In this document: one piece after another, positions 41,666 to 54,366 of the stretch
Layout: the number at the start of each line of letters is the position of its first letter
Position numbering within the stretch: position 1 is the stretch's first letter
Origin: Mobula birostris
Lineage: Eukaryota
NCBI RefSeq assembly: GCF_030028105.1
Contig: NC_092377.1
Span: 90,302,569-90,366,568, forward strand
Direction: 5' to 3'
Length of the DNA stretch: 64,000 nt
The notes under the pieces: generated by a model
Database searches by the model: none
Told to the model about the DNA's origin: nothing
What the model saw: only the letters and a program-made list of their open reading frames with translations
Translations under genes and position numbers: made by a program

Positions 41666-42574
41666 TCAATCAGAATTCCTTCAGGGCTTGACAGTTTAAA
41701 TGTAGGGATGATGCCTCGATAGTTGCTGTCTCTAGAGTCAGGGTCAAAGATGACCTGGTTAATTAGGAACAGTAAGAAGTTCTGCATCCAGATGGAATTC
41801 TCTATCCTGGAGGTGGTTCAGCCAGCATCACTGACTGGGTGTTTAAAGAGGTAAATACGCTTTTGAAAGATCAGGAAAGTAAAGGCTGCTTGGGAACTGG
41901 CAGAGAGAAAACAGGCCTGGGGCACATTAGCCGGGATCATCACTGCAAATCAGGGAAAAACAACGGTGGACACTGGAAATCCGAAACAATCTGCGGAGGC
42001 CATGGTAGAGTCGCAGTTAGCACGACACTATTACAGCTCGCGGCGCAAGAGTTCAGAGTTCAATTGTGGCAGCATCTTTAAGGAGCTTATGCATTCTCCC
42101 CATGACCGCGTGGGTTTCCTCCGAAAGTCCAAAGATGTACCGATCAGTAATTAATTGGTCATTGCAAATTGTGCTGTGATTAAGCTTGGGTTAAGGAGGT
42201 GGACTGCAGGGTGGTGTGGCTTGTTGGGCTGGAAGGGTCTGTTTCACACTGTCTGTCTCAGTAAACAGATAAAACTGAATGGTGGGGCAGGCTTGAGGGG
42301 CAATGTTAACTACTTCATTGACTTGCTTTTTCTATATATTCAAGAAGGAATTAGGCAGATTTTATTTGGGGCATCAAAGGGTGCAAGGATGGTGCAGAAA
42401 AGTGGAATGGGGTAATAGAGAAGTCATGTTTTATTGTAGTGGCACAGCAGATAGGAAGGGGTTGAGCAGCCTACGGGTTTTATATCTTTGTCTTCTTGAG
42501 ATGAGGTGTTGATACTGGAGAGAAACTGAGAAACCCAGTCAAGACCCATGAGGCTAGAAGATGGTTCTACCCAC

Positions 42575-43964
42575 CAATGGCAGTGCCGCCTTGTTTCTTC
42601 TCCTCCAGGATAGCTGCCAGGTCCTTGCACTTCCGCTTGGGCTGGTCGGACGGCGACTGCTCCCCCGCGTTCTTCATCTTCAGAAGCTGGTTGGCTTTCT
42701 TGATCTTCTGGCTGTACTGCCGAGCCATGTAGTACACCCTGCGTTTGGTGCGGTCCACGAGGTCCAGCTCTTGGCCAACTGCCTCGGTGCTGCCCAGTGG
42801 GCTGTCTGCCTCCAGCCCCTCACCGTCTGCCGAGGTGGCAGCGCTGGCGCTCAGCGGCGAGGCCTCTCCGCTCGGCTCGCCGCCGCCGTCGGTCCCCATG
42901 CTGGCGGTGCTCAGCCTGGCGGGCTTGTTATCTTCAGCCTTCACCAGCCCGGGGCCAGCGGCCTGCCAGAGTCTCTGGCCGCCTGGCGCGCCCACTTCAT
43001 CCTGGTTGACGGGAAAAGCTGCGGGCAGCCGGTCCCGCCTGGTCTCCTCGCTCCTCCTGATGTAGTCCTCCAGGTCATTCCAGATCTCGTCCACCTCCTC
43101 CGACAGCTTGTCAGGCACCGACTCCCGCGATGCCGAGTTGGAGTTGGAGGAGCTGCCGGTCCACCCCGGACCACGCTTGACCGGCGACCGGCTGCGCTCC
43201 GATGCGTCATCGCCGCTGCCCCGCAGGCTCTCCTCGGAGGCAAAGCCTCCCAGGCCGCAGCAGGCCAAATCACCGTCCGTACTCCTTCCCAGGCCCGGGA
43301 AGCTGCCTCGGTCGCCACAGACCTCCCAGTCATTCTTCAGCTTCTTGGGGGCCTTCTCAGACGGCGTTGACCTCCCCTCCATGCACTCCAGCACCGGCAG
43401 TTCCCGCTTGGGCGATGCCATGGCAGCAATCAGGCCCTGGGTCCCTGTGTCTGCCTGGCCTCGGTCTTGCTCTTCCAGGCCCAGTCGGGGCTGAGCTCTG
43501 CTGACGTCCTGCTCCCCAGCTGGTGCCTCTGGCCTCACGGCCCGGTGCAGGCTCGCTGACAAGCGACCTCTATCACTCCCGGCTCGGCAGCTGGAGCGGC
43601 TCTCTCCAGCACTGCTGGCCCGCCGGACGATCCTGCGATCTGGGCCGCTGGACGGATACTCCCGGGCTGGGTGTCGGTAGCCAGCTGCACCGAGGAATAG
43701 GCTCATCGGCGTGGAGTATAGCTCGGGTGCCGAGGCGGCCGGAACAAACACCTGATAGTCACCGCTCCTGCGGGGCGAGGCTGGGCCAGGGTAGGAGTCC
43801 CGGCCGACACCGGTCTGGGCCCGCTCGGTTCTGGGCCCACCATTGTTCACCGCCCGGATCACATCTTCATCCCACCCTGCAGCAAGGCCCACCAGCTTGG
43901 CACCTTGACATGCTGAATGAACGGAGAACTGGTGGCTCTCTTTCGCTGTAGTTTTGGATGTGAT
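42575..43964 (-). CDS. PLEKHG1: PLEKHG1 large penultimate coding exon (1390 nt)
   Basis: Polypyrimidine-CAG acceptor; open frame ITSK...VDEIWNDLEDYIR...VYYMARQYSQKIKKANQLLK...DLAAILEEKKQGGTAIG; G|GTGGGT donor, phase 1, joins the last exon. Confidence 0.92.
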
Positions 43965-45549
43965 CTGAAAGGAGAAACAAAAACACCCATTGGTTAGCAG
44001 AGGAGCAAAGGTCTCCGATTGCAGGAAAAGGCCAGAACTAAGGGAAGTCAAGAGCAAAATCAAGTCTGGGCAACAGTCAGGATAGAAGACAGAGAATTGT
44101 GGAGGTGCTCAGGTTAGCGGCAAATGCAGGACGCTCAATCGACCTGGTTCAAACAGGCATAGGTGGACGGGGCCGGGGAATAGTGGCAGACCCATTTGTG
44201 ACGGAGATGATTCGGAGTGGGAACTGAAAAGAAATGAACGTAGAAAAATTATGGATGGTGGAATGAAAATCTACTTAAATGCTCAGCTAATCGGAGGACC
44301 AGGAAGATGGGTGGGAAATGAGTAAAGCAAGAAAGATCCCCTCTGCCATCAGATTTCCAAATAGACAATGAACCCATGTACTGTATACCACCTCACTATT
44401 TTTGTGCTCTTTTTGCACTACTTAGTTAAATTTAATTTTACATATATTTCTTACTGTCATTTAAAGTTTTAAAAAATTTTGTATTGCAATCTACTGCTGC
44501 CAAAACGCAACAAATTTCACAACATATGGCAGTGATATTAAACAGGATGCTGAAGGGGACAAGGGAACAAGAAACGGCTTCACAGGCAAGATGTCAGGAA
44601 CCGCTTGGAAAAAATGAGATGTGGAACAGAGATCAGACCTCCATCTGTGTGTACTCAAAGCTATTTGATGCAGAGACAAGAGTTTAATTATAAAGTTAAA
44701 ATTGTTCTGGGTGCAGTGAGCTGCTTGGGCAGCAAATAGTAGTATTCAAAACTGTCAAACTACATGGAGTGATGACTGATTAAATCAATTATTTATATAA
44801 ACACTATATTTAGCTTGTCTCCCTTGGAGATATATAAAATCTAACTTCATATTATTTGTTCCTGTACCTTATGGCAAAGGAATATGATAAACACAAGAGG
44901 TTGTGCGGGTGCTGGAAATCTGAGCAACACACACAAAATGCTGGAGGAACTCAGCAGGTTAGGCAGCATCACATGATACGTGCCTGAGTTGACAATTATC
45001 CCCCAATAAGCATCATTGAAATACAAATTTGCCTTGATTATTTTGTTCACTGCAAGTTCCTACCAGCAAGGGTCTGGCTGCTGCATTTCCCAACTTAATA
45101 AATGGGGTCATCTTTCACAAGGTACTAAATTGTGAATAACTATCCCAAAGTGGTATATAAAAGATGCTATACAGAAACAGAACAAAATCATTGCAGTTCA
45201 TCTCACTTGATAATGTTTTCAAAAACTACACTTTGAAGCACTCTCCACTTGAGAATCTAATTTTGCAGGGTCCGGAAGATTAAATTGAAAACTAGGTTTT
45301 ATTGTAACCTGAATTAAAGATGCTGCACAGAATAGTTCCATTGTTGTTACCACAGTCGAGCTTCAGCCACTAGGTGGCACCAATGCATCACTTTTTGTGT
45401 GTTTTGCATCCAAGTACCAACTCAGATGCAAGAGGTTTGCAACAGAGAATGAAGGAGAAAAACATGGTTTATGCCTTAAAATTCCCTCAAACTAGAAAAA
45501 AAATGTTAGTTCAAAAATATTTAGTTTTTCCAAGAAAAAAAAATCAACT

Positions 45550-46145
45550 GTGCAGTAGTGTAGCAGTTAGCGCAATGCTATTACAGTTCAAGGTGGCAGA
45601 GTTCAGAGTTCAATTCCAGCAACTTTTCTAAGGAGTCTCTGTACTTCCTCCCTGAGTGCCCCAGTTTCCTCCCTCAGTCCAAAGACACTGAGTAGGTTAA
45701 GAGGTCATTGTAAATTGTCCTGTGAATAGGTTAGGGTTTTTTTTAAATAGGCATCCGTTAGTCTCGTGAGACCATGAATTTGCGCCTTGGAAGGTTTCCA
45801 GGGCACAGGCCTGGGCAAGGTGGTATGGAAGACGGGCAGTTGCCCATGCTGCAAGTCTCCCCTCTCTACACCACCGATGTTGTCCAAGGGAAGGGCAGTA
45901 GGGCCGATACAGCTTGGCACCAGTGTCGTCGCAGAGCAATGTGTGGTTAAGTGCCTTGCTCAAGGACACAACACAGTGCCTCAGCCAAGGCTCGAACTAG
46001 CGACCTTCAGATCACTAGACCGACGCCTTAACCACTTGGCCACTCGCCAATACGCATTAGGGTTAAATCGAGGTTGTCAGGGGTTGCTGGGATGTCGTGG
46101 CTCCAAGAGCTGGAAGGGCCTACTTCAGGCTGTGTTGCTAAATAA
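45550..46145 (+). mobile_element. V-SINE/HE1-like SINE with a nested second SINE
   Basis: tRNA-like head gtagtgtagcagttagc..gttcagagttcaattcc; the element resumes after ~46055. Confidence 0.55.
45748..46048 (-). mobile_element. tRNA-derived SINE, young-looking
   Basis: Minus strand head GTGGCCAAGTGGTTAAGGCG...GGTCGCTAGTTCGAGCC (A/B boxes), central GTGTCCTTGAGCAAGGCACTTAACC, A-rich end. Confidence 0.7.
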
Positions 46146-47139
46146 ATAATCTCACTTATTCTTTCCAATTCCCTTCTCCAACACAACAACATCGTTCCAG
46201 TTCTGACCTCACGGGCAATCATTATCACCCCTGCCTTAGACCTCAAACTGTCAAGATTCCCTCCCCAAATCCTTTTCTCCTTCAAGGTCAAGGCCATTAC
46301 TTTGATCAAGCCTTTGTGTCCCAACGTAAGATTTTTGTTTTAGAACACAACTGTGCTGCTCCTTGATTACAAACTCATAATGGGAGACATGTGCGCATAA
46401 GTTCATTTTCAGGTGATACTGTTACCTATTGTCGCAGCTGCACAGTCCAGTACCCAGCAAACCAGAATGCATTTCTCAGCATGGAAGCAAACAAAACATG
46501 ATTTATAGCAGGATGTTTAACAGCAATTTGTAAATAATTACATAATTCAAGGGAAACACGGCAATCCATTTCTCACTTGATGAATGGCTTTTCCAGTTCT
46601 GATTGCTAATGGCTGAGCATTGGCTACAACATAAGGAAGCTTCAACTGCTCTTCCTCGAACTGGGACCTTTTATGTTCCACTCAGGGAGAAGACAAGTTC
46701 TCCACTGAAAGGTACATCACATCTAACGTGTTGTCTCGCTAAGACACCATTCCTCCAGCGGGGGCACAAGAGCCTGGAGATGCTAGAATAGGCAATTCAA
46801 CAGGTCAGGCAGCATCTGTGAGGGGGAAGATTTATAAAGGATTTCAACCCAAAACTCAACTGTCCATTTCCCACCACAGATGATGCCTGACCTTTGAGTT
46901 TCTCCAGCATCTTGTTTGTTTCTCCAACATTGCCTCGAGGGAGCACTAGTGCAGGAAGAGCTTGAACCATCTTCTCTGTTCCTGCATTTAGCCCCATCAT
47001 TCTCAGCTTGCATTGAAAGCACTGGTACACCACTGGGGCACAGCAAGCGTCTACAGCATAGCTCACAAGACTGTTCCAGGATAAAGCTCAGATATCATTG
47101 GGCACGTATCTGGATAGCAACAATAAAATATTCTTCAAC

Positions 47140-47361
47140 CTGTTCAACTTCTTCTTCATCATCAGCATCAGTCTGGTCCAAGGGCCGTAGGTGAAGGCTT
47201 TCTTCGAGGTCACCTGGATAGGCCGGCTCCAAGGATTCCCGTGATTGGCTGACCACATCGCCACAAGATAGTGCATTGATCTTGCTCTTTGAGTCGAAGG
47301 TAGTTTCACTGGATAACACTTCCACAGATGGAGAATAGAGGGATCCTTCAACACTGTTACG
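47140..47361 (-). CDS. PLEKHG1: PLEKHG1 coding exon (222 nt)
   Basis: CAG acceptor; RNSVEGSLYSP...DADDEEEVEQ; phase 0/0 fits its neighbours; the donor (CAG|GTTGAA) is weak. Confidence 0.65.
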
Positions 47362-48769
47362 CTGTTAGGAGAGGGAAATATCCATCACAAAATGTCTGGA
47401 CCTTCATCACATTATGAATTTATACCAAGGAGGGAATGAACAAGCTATCTCAGGGAGTATTCAATTTCCAAACAGAAGGATAAACCATAAAAGCAAGTTA
47501 CTCTTTGAAAATCTCCAAGCTGGCTTGTAGAGAAAATAAATATAAATGCTGAAAAGGGAGAAGATAGTCTCATAAATCTATGTACAGAATATTTACAAAA
47601 ATGGCTAATATGTATAGGCTGGCTCAGGCTGATTATCCTCTTATGTTATGTGCTAAACAGCTTGGATATTTCCACTAAAACATCACAGATAAAAGAAAAG
47701 CATTCAAGAATAGTTTAGCCTTTTAGATAGGTAGATGAATATTCATGACGTGAAGTGATGTGTATCACGCGCAGACAAGAGGGATTAGTTTAATTTAGCA
47801 CCAAGTTCAGCACAGACATTGTGTTAAAGGACCCATTTACATTTTGTGTATCATGATCACCAGCCTTCAAGTTGGCATGTACTAACCAACTAAATAATTT
47901 CTGTCCACTTCTAACGGCAGTAACCTTAGACACAAAAACAAACATGAAATCCCAGGGTAATTTTCTTGCTTGGGCCACACCCTGCCCCATTCTACCAGGC
48001 AACATCTTCAGAAATTGACAAGTCTTTTAACTATCCTGTAGAGAGGCAGTCAAGAGCTCCTAACTGATCTGTGTGAAACTGTTACTGAAACATGTTGCAA
48101 TGCCTCTTCTTTATATATACATACATATATATTCAAGCTGGTCCACACCCATTAAGCTTTCCAGCCCAAAGGGAATTACTTGTATAAAATATTTGGGAAA
48201 ACTTCAGGATGCCCTCAAGATGTGTCATAACTAATGAATTTTGAATCCTACATCAGAGGCTTGCGCCAACCAGCACCATTTGTGCTTTATTGACGGCATT
48301 AGATTAGTTCCACCAGAAAACCCTGCCTACTTTCTCAGACAGGGTCAGAAAATTCCCAAGGATGATCTCTACAAATAGAAGAGAATAAATACCCTAAGCT
48401 ATACTTGTCATTCAGCTATCTTTGAAACACTGTGTTCGTACAGGTGTAATATTTCCTGCACAGTGAGCTTACTTCAAACTACAGCATTGACTAAAACACT
48501 ACGGGACATGATGATTCTGAAGGCATTCTGCTCTCTCAGCTACGTTATATCACCAACGGCTGTAGGAAGATACAGTGCATGAAGCTGGGAAAATACTGAG
48601 AAATGCCCAAGAAGAACACAAGGGAGGAGGAATGGAAAACAGGGAGAGAAATGAGAAACAGGTCACAGGAAGACCCAAACAGACTTTGCCTTTTAAACAA
48701 AACCACAAGACATCCACTTTTACAATCTATTACAGATTGCATGGTATTCACTGCCTGCATGGAATGTCC

Positions 48770-49000
48770 CTAATGGGTGATTAGGACGGCTCAATACATC
48801 ACTGGGACACAATTACTGGACCTGAAGATAATCTACAACTCTCAACGCCTACGGCGCGCTCGTAACATCATTAAAGACCCATCCTATCCCTGTTCAATCT
48901 CCTGCCATCTGGTACGAGATACAGCAACACCTTAGTCACGATAGTAAGACTGAACCAGCTTCTTCCTGAGGGTTGTTGTGCAGCTGAATAATGCTACAGG
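48770..49000 (+). mobile_element. Rex/L2-type LINE 3' remnant
   Basis: Encodes AQYITG...ARNIIKDPSYP-like C-terminal motif. Confidence 0.5.
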
Positions 49001-49422
49001 TCACTTGTTACATGTAAGTATGGGATTTTTTAAGTTAAGCCGTACTGCAAGCATTGTAAACATCTGGAGTATGACCACAATGCCATTGTCTTGAGCAATG
49101 GCAATCAAGTTCTATTCTATTAATTTCTAAAATATGAGCAGTCCAAATCATTTAACCTTAGTCTCTGTTGTCATTGATACTGACAACTCTAAATGCCCAA
49201 GTGGGCCTCTTACATGTTTAAAATCACAGCTGGAAGTCATGAAAGGCTCTACATAAAATCAAATCTACTTTCTTAATCTCACTGCTTTATTTAAATAACA
49301 ACTCTCTTGAATCAGATCTAGCTGGAAGTTCAATTTTGTACCATTTGAAAACATTTTACAGACCTCTCTAGTTTCCTTTTTTAATAATCAAAATTGGTCC
49401 CACAAATCAAACATAGTCTTAC

Positions 49423-49439
49423 CTTGTCTTGTCTGGTAT
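49423..49439 (-). CDS. PLEKHG1: PLEKHG1 17-nt microexon
   Basis: Strong polypyrimidine tract plus TTTCAG|ATACCAGACAAGACAAG|GTAAGA; converts phase 1 to phase 0, as the flanking exons require. Confidence 0.75.
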
Positions 49440-49598
49440 CTGAAATACGAAAAGGGCAAAAAGAAAAAGGCATTAGTGAGAAAACACAATTTAACATGTT
49501 CAAGAACTTAAATGAAAATGCCTACAAGTTTAAACTTGCTTAGCTGAAGATACTGTAGGTTACATTACTGTAAATGAATCACAAGTTTTGTTACTGAC

Positions 49599-49634
49599 CC
49601 ATTTGTTTGGGAGTCTTCATTCTTGCCGATGGCT
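49599..49634 (-). CDS. PLEKHG1: PLEKHG1 36-nt exon
   Basis: TTTTGCAG acceptor; (E)PSARMKTPKQM; G|GTCAGT donor. Confidence 0.75.
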
Positions 49635-50174
49635 CTGCAAAAACAAAACAATTAAGAGTTAATAGAAGGACTTGTATACAAGTCTGCATCAACTCCATCA
49701 CAGACTTAGTCAAGTACAGAAAGTTCCCAGTTGCGTAATGGTGCTTACTATTGTATGTGGACATGTTCATTCGGAGGAGTTGCACACATTAAAACTTTAA
49801 TGACATGGGCATCACTGGCAAGACTAAATTAGTGCTCATCCCTATATACACCAATGATATTGGCAAGACATTCCAGTCAGTTGCTGTAGTATGATGCAAG
49901 TGTTATTGCAAAGTTTATAGGCTGGTAGGGAGCTCTCAGATCTTGGCCAAGGAAGGATAAAGAAATTCATAAATTGTGATGAGAACCAACATGCATATTT
50001 GAGAGTTTTGAGGTTCCAAGGTACTTTGGTTATCCATTTGGTGGAGCTTGTGAGTTTTGGACACAACGGGGTCGGCCATGACTACACAACCAAGAAGGAA
50101 TGCATCTCCGAGTAACCAAGTGTGCTCAGCTATATGCCACCTTCAACACTCCTTATTCTGTGAAATAAGGAATT

Positions 50175-50850
50175 CACACAAAATGCTGGAGGAACTCAGC
50201 AGGTCAGGCTGAGTATGGAAATGAATAGTCAATGTTTCAGGCCAAGACCCTTCATCTAGACAGGAAAGGAGGTGAGAGGTGGTGGGGGGAATAGAAGCCA
50301 GAATAAGGTGGTGAGGGAGGGAACAGAGTTCAAGCTGGATGGTGATAGGTGAAGCCAGATGGGTGGGGGGAGGGAGGCAATGAAGGAAGAAGCTGGGAGG
50401 TGATAGGTAGAAAAGGTAAGGGGCTAAAGAAGCTGCGAGGTGATAGGTAGAAAAGGTAAGGGGCTAAAGAAGCTGGGAGGTGATAGGTAAAAAGGGTAGA
50501 GGGCTAAAGAAGCTGGGAGGAATCCGATAAGAGAGGAGAGTGGACCATGCGAGAAATGCAGAGAGGAGGGGCAGCAGAGGGAGGTGATAGGCAGGTGAGA
50601 AGGAGGTAAGAGGGGAGTCAGAGTGGAGAATGGAAGAAGAAAGGGGGGGGGGCAGGGAAAATTACTGGAAGTTAGAGAAATTGATGTTCATGCCATCAGG
50701 TTGGGGGCTCCTAGGCGGAATATGATGTGTTGCTTCTGCAACCTGATAGTGGCCTCATCATGGCCGTAGGGGAGGCCATCGACTGACATGTCGGACTGAG
50801 AATGGAGATTGTAATTAAAATGGCTGGCCACCGAGAAATCCTGCTTGTCG
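50175..50850 (-). mobile_element. Degenerate Penelope-like 3' end
   Basis: Terminal motif cacacaaaatgctggaggaactcagc; decayed hammerhead at 50227-50262; GIY-YIG C-terminal remnant (GMNINFSNF). Confidence 0.8.
50389..50520 (+). repeat. ~40-bp tandem repeat, about 3.3 copies
   Basis: Unit GAAGCTGGGAGGTGATAGGTAGAAAAGGTAAGGGGCTAAA repeated with few mismatches. Confidence 0.85.
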
Positions 50851-50897
50851 CGATGGAGAGTGTGAAAGACTTATTTTGTGAAGGCGTTGTGTTATAC

Positions 50898-50987
50898 CAG
50901 ACTTCCTTCGGACTCTGCGTGGTGTGATTCCATCCTCTACATCTGCTTTCCTTTCGCCCTCTGGGCTGTAGTGGAAACCAGGGTGAT
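50898..50987 (-). CDS. PLEKHG1: PLEKHG1 coding exon (90 nt)
   Basis: (H)HPGFHYSPEG...RRVRRKS; AG/GT boundaries; phase 1/1. Confidence 0.85.
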
Positions 50988-52926
50988 CTGAAATGGAAAT
51001 GATATTGTAATGAAGATATTTACTCCAGATGTTCAACAAATGAGGTTCTGCAGACAGTGAAAGCCTCGAGCTGGACGAACTTAGCAAGTTAGGCAGCATC
51101 TACGGGGAGGAATAAACAGTCGATATTTCAAATCCCAGTCCGGAACATGGACTGGTGATACCGCCTGACCTGCCGAGTGCCTCCAGCTGGAATGACTTTG
51201 CTCCCAATGTTCTCCCTACCAGTTTAGCTCACACTGAGCTTGACCTCACCACAAGCTCTGGTGAGGAACATGCAGAACATTAATCAGCTTTTAAACAGAA
51301 TGAATAGAAAGGCTGTCCAACCACATTCGTTGTCAGCTCGAATAAGAAAAGATGTTGTGACTTTCCCTACTGACTAAGAGGGAGACAGGACTCTCTCTCT
51401 TACAGGAGTCCTTCATGTGGGATCAACTAAACCTGCCACTCCTCCAAAATCAGAAGTAGACAACATTCTCACTCAAATACAGATTTAAAAGGGTTCTTTC
51501 AAAAGTGAGGACAGGAATGTGAAATATGGCGAATGCTAGAAAAGCAGGCTCAGGAGGATCAACTGATTTTGGACCCAACATTCTGCCACCAGGGTTATTT
51601 ATGTCAGAACCTCTTTGATCAAGACCGATTACTAATACTAGTGACAGACTCTGATATTGTTATAGTTCCTGCCCTGTGACGACCATAATCTCTGATGGTG
51701 AACGCACGAGATTCTGCAGATGCTGGAAATCCAGAACAAAACATAGAAAAAGCTGGAGGAACTCAGCAGTTCAGGCAGTGTCTATGGAGGGAAATAAACA
51801 GTTGAAGTTTCAGCCATAAGTGTTTGGTGAACTTTGATGAAGGTTATTCATTGTCTAGGATGCTCATATTACCATTTTGTGAAGCAAACAACCAGTGAGG
51901 GGAGAAAAAAAAACAGTCATTGCACATGGCAGCCAAGTATTGAAGACACCCAGTGCTGGGGGGAAAAGAATAATTAAGGCACTAGGCTGAATGACCACTA
52001 TGTGAGGCAAAAACTTTCAATGGGCTGCAGCTCAGCAGAACAAAGACCTACAGAGTGGCTGGACCCTCTTTCCATACAGTTAGAAGCAATACGTCCACAC
52101 TACCTGCTCTTAACTCTTTATAAATCTGTACCAGGTTTCCTCTTTGCTGAGCCCTGTGAACAGAATTCACTCACCTCTAAATTCTCATCCTCTTGTTTAG
52201 GTCTGCCCAAGTCTTGCCCCCTTTGGTCAAAACCACCAGTTAGACATTACCATCCCCAGTCCTTCTCAGTACAGCCTCTAAGCACTCTGCTCTTCTCCAA
52301 CTCTTGGTCGTTGTGCAACCACCGTTTTTTCCCCACCCAACCCCTGGCAATTGCAGCTTCAGTTGAAGACTATGCACCAAGCCACACAATTTAAACTCCT
52401 CCTTTATCCAAGTCCTCTCTTGTTCTGTCAGTCTTCCCAGTGTCTTCTTCTGCAGTTTGGCAACTACTTTGAAAATGTTTTCGGGATAAAATGCAGGCTG
52501 TTCGATATAAGCACCTGTTGTTGCTGAAGCGGGTTACCACAAATATGCAAAGAACAATGTAAAACCTAGAAGCAAACAGGCTCGTAAGGAGGAGACTAGA
52601 GCGACTGCTGGGACAAATGCTCAAAAAAAAAGGTGTGCAATATAGTGGGTAGTGTTTTTCCTTCAGCTGGAGTTCAACCAAGTATAACTAGATCTTATTC
52701 CCAAGGAAAAGATTTTCCAAAGAGTGCACCCTCATGTGTTCTGGATGGCTCAGCAAGGTGTGGAACTGTGTGGCAGTCCAGATCTGGCATAACGCAGATG
52801 GGAACACGTTTACCTTCAATGCATAGAATATGGCCATCATTACTATGCAGCCAAAGAATAGGCTAATCAGTATTGAAATGAATTGGCAAAGACACCCTCA
52901 ACCAAAGCAAATCAAGGAATACTCAC

Positions 52927-52960
52927 GGATAGCATCCATCTCCAGAATTGCTTGTTTAGC
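52927..52960 (-). CDS. PLEKHG1: PLEKHG1 coding exon (34 nt)
   Basis: AKQAILEMDAI; TTTGCAG acceptor and GTGAGT donor. Confidence 0.88.
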
Positions 52961-54279
52961 CTGCAAATAAAAATAATGATACTTTAGCCATTGAACACAA
53001 CCCAACCAGTTGCTGACGTCAGAAATGAGAGCAGCTGAAAGCAGCCCTGTAGATCCCACCTTGCAGAAACAAACAAGAGACGCAAGTGTTTGAAGTGGGT
53101 AAAAACAAGACTCGGGGAAACAAGACCAGTCTTGAATGAAAACAAAACAAGGTGAACAGCTTCAAAAACCATTTAAAAGGATCACAATCAAATTTAATTA
53201 TTTTGCTTTATCACAACCAAGACACAAGACCAGCAACATTAAATTAATTATAAATCTGCTTGCTGACAAAGGCCTATAACTGGAGGTTAGAGCTGGGTGG
53301 ATGTGGCAAATACATAATCCTATGTGGAATTGATTATGATTATGTGGGCTTCAAATAATTTGCCTTTGGCTGTGCAATTAACAGCCTTCATTTCACAAAA
53401 TGGAAATGAACTAAGGTTCCAGAAAACATTTCTGAGTCTGTTCATACCCAGAACTTACAGTTTTTGGTGCAAAGTGCATTTGATTCACTCCACACCATAA
53501 CTGGTCTGTGTGTGAACTGAATTTGTGGTCCCACCAGATACAAAGCAAGGATTCCAGACACTCTTAATCTGGATCAACGCACCATTTACAAATCACACCA
53601 CACCATTTTTGCCTATTTTATTAATGGATGCTGGTGGAATCTGCAAAAGAACAAATACAATTGCTCCAAAGATAGTGGAATTTTCAGTGCCAATAAGCTC
53701 TGGCCATAATTATGTGCCAATATTCCCAACTATTTCATGTTGGTACAAAAGGTCATTCTTGAGCACATTTTCTGTCACAACATTAAGTGGAATGGCCATC
53801 TTCCACAGATTATAACCAGATGTGTTCACCATATTGGGCATGTTCGTGGTTCTTGGATATACTGGTAGCCATGATCACATGATGAAGTGGTACCTGTACC
53901 CACATGCCTGACCAGGCTAGTTTCTTCTCCTGATGAAATTTCTTCAAATTTAGTTTAATGGTGTCAGTCCCCACTGGGTTGTAACAGAACAGCCCATGAA
54001 CATGTTGCCTCAGCTGAATGTAGGTCACAGCTGACATACATCAAAGACTCCACTACACTAATTACAGGACAATTTTATGCCTTGGCTTATGTTAAGTTTG
54101 CAAGGTAACAAAGTGAAGTTATAAGCAATACCTCACTGTCGAACATACTAGGCACATTTACTGTTCTCGTGGTGTGTTTGTTGTCAAAACAGATGTTCAA
54201 CTTTAAAAGTCGCATAAATTCTGGCCTAATTCTGCTCCTACATCTCCCCAAAGCTAACTAGGGTCATCTGATTTCACAC

Positions 54280-54366
54280 CTTGGCTGGGATCTTGGCTGG
54301 ATGATTTTCAAGAATAAGCCTCTTCAGATGAAGAATCCAAAGCCTCTTGTCCTGCATTGACTTGGC
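54280..54366 (-). CDS. PLEKHG1: PLEKHG1 PH-domain exon (87 nt)
   Basis: [29 protein letters not shown]; AG/GT boundaries. Confidence 0.92.

Noticed and set aside
42561-43951. Several long plus-strand ORFs (up to 269 aa)
   Set aside because: Antisense shadows of the GC-rich PLEKHG1 exon, where stop codons are scarce.
45975-46048. tRNA gene
   Set aside because: It is a SINE head that continues into SINE body and tail; no convincing acceptor stem or terminator.
50389-50520. Regular ~40-bp repeats as a CRISPR-like array
   Set aside because: No unique spacers, no cas genes, vertebrate context; a simple tandem duplication within a PLE.
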